A DNA stretch of 64,000 bases from Bacilli bacterium (GTDB taxonomy: Bacteria; Bacillota_I; Bacilli_A; RFN20; CAG-826): NCBI GenBank assembly GCA_022653695.1, contig JALCSW010000002.1:278605-342604 (forward strand), read 5' to 3'. A program made the translations under genes and the position numbers. This document shows, piece by piece, positions 62,915 to 64,000 of this stretch. Below the pieces are notes generated by a model. The model saw only the letters and a program-made list of their open reading frames with translations. It searched no databases and had not been told where the DNA came from. Every line of letters starts with the position of its first letter. The stretch's first letter is position 1.

Positions 62915-64000
62915 TCAGCGCCCCGCCTTTCCGTTCACCACGAGGGCGATGCCGTCGCGCTCGGGGTTCACTTTCTCGTTTTCCCCAATGAGGGAATCGG
63001 GGCCCACGATCGCGTCGAGGACCACCGCCCCTTTCCTTATCACGGCGCCGTTCATGATGACGGCGTTCACGCACTTGGCGCCTTCCTCCACGAGCGTTTC
63101 CCCGGAAATGACGCAGTGGTCGACCGATCCCATGATGACGGCGCCTTGGTTGATGAGGCAGTCCCTGACTTTGGCCTTCTTTCCGATGTACTGCGGGGTG
63201 CTATGGGTGTCCTCGCTGTAGATTTTGTTGTCGCCTTGAACCGTGTAAAGGTTGGTCGAACCCTCGCCCGACATGAGCAAATCCATGTTGGCCTGATGGA
63301 GCGAGGCGACCGTGCCGACATCCTTCCAATAGCCATGGTAGGTATAGGCGATCATCTTCTTTTTCTCCCCGAGCATCTTCGGGATGATGTTCTTGCCGAA
63401 ATCATGATCGCTCGTGGGATCCTTATGGTCCGCCACGAGTTCCGCGCGGAGCGTCTTATAAGTGAAAATGTAAATGCCCATGGAGGCGAGGTTGCTCACC
63501 GGATGCTTTGGCTTCTCTTGAAAATCCACGATGGCGGAGTCTTTGTCCGTCGTCAGAATGCCAAAGCGCGGAGCCTCCTCCATCGGAACGGGGTACACCG
63601 AGATGGTGCAGTCGGCTTTCGCCGCGATATGCTTACCCAGCATCGCGTCATAGGTGCAACTGTAAATGTGGTCGCCCGAAAGGATAAGCACGTATTCGGG
63701 GTCGACTTTATCGAGCCAATCGATGTTTTGGTAGATGGCGTCGGCGGTCCCTAGATACCAGTTGGAGCCTTCTTCGGTCTGCTTGGGGGTGAGGGGCGAC
63801 ACGATGGAACGAACGCCGTTGAGCCCCCACTTCTCGCCGTTGCCGACATAAGCGTTCAACTCGCTTGACTCATATTGGGTCATGACCCCGACGCAACTGA
63901 TGCCCGAGTTGGCGCAATTGCTCAAAGGGAAATCGATGATCCGGTATTTCCCGCCGTAACTCACGGCGGGTTTGGCGACTTTCCGCGTCAACGCCTGCAA
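62915..64000 (-). CDS. glgC: glucose-1-phosphate adenylyltransferase, 5'-truncated by the window edge
   Basis: ...LTRKVAKPAVSYGGKYRIIDFPLSNCANSG... The N-terminal roughly 15-20 residues lie beyond position 64000. Confidence 0.95.
   Translation of the reverse strand: MQALTRKVAKPAVSYGGKYRIIDFPLSNCANSGISCVGVMTQYESSELNAYVGNGEKWGLNGVRSIVSPLTPKQTEEGSNWYLGTADAIYQNIDWLDKVDPEYVLILSGDHIYSCTYDAMLGKHIAAKADCTISVYPVPMEEAPRFGILTTDKDSAIVDFQEKPKHPVSNLASMGIYIFTYKTLRAELVADHKDPTSDHDFGKNIIPKMLGEKKKMIAYTYHGYWKDVGTVASLHQANMDLLMSGEGSTNLYTVQGDNKIYSEDTHSTPQYIGKKAKVRDCLINQGAVIMGSVDHCVISGETLVEEGAKCVNAVIMNGAVIRKGAVVLDAIVGPDSLIGENEKVNPERDGIALVVNGKAGR

Overview
This is a 64 kb chromosomal segment from a compact, fairly GC-rich Bacillota genome, probably Bacilli, Erysipelotrichia or Mollicutes-related. 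About 55 tightly packed CDSs are supported, and many use ATGA, GTGA or TGATG start/stop overlaps. The housekeeping backbone follows Bacillus-like synteny. It includes dnaE-polA-(mutM::coaE) facing dnaB-like/dnaI, and pfkA-pyk-ROK kinase. It also includes T-box-thrS, ogt, tetR and oleate hydratase, and L20 leader-infC-rpmI-rplT. Further on come thiI-cysteine desulfurase-ezrA facing rpsD, then tyrS and CIRCE-groES-groEL. A cyclophilin gene and lacI-degV follow. A long co-directional array then runs PI-PLC, membrane protein, coaX, ECF S-component, pepV, trmB, ytpR and a NAPRT-like gene. The window ends with glgC-glgD-glgA-leuS. I found no rRNA, tRNA, CRISPR array, transposase or integrase by eye. 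Accessory, visibly AT-richer or domain-poor regions are the best candidates for something new. (1) A HipA-like kinase locus at the left edge has an out-of-frame start signal and an overlapping partner ORF that leaves the window. (2) A lipoprotein is paired with a 708-aa secreted protein that has PPC-like modules and a Cys/His-rich tail (5096-8371). (3) A two-gene operon encodes N-terminally anchored, beta-rich exoproteins of 324 and 1072 aa (36556-40774), next to a membrane-tethered XRE regulator. (4) A GLUG-motif surface protein lies at 45355-46782. (5) A DUF2089 zinc-ribbon/HTH is fused to an unknown domain at 47724-48494. There is also a recurring pattern of -10 boxes placed 6-10 nt from SD-less start codons, which suggests leaderless mRNAs. 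All domain calls come from reading motifs in the translations. No searches were run, and the large membrane and secreted proteins remain functionally unassigned.
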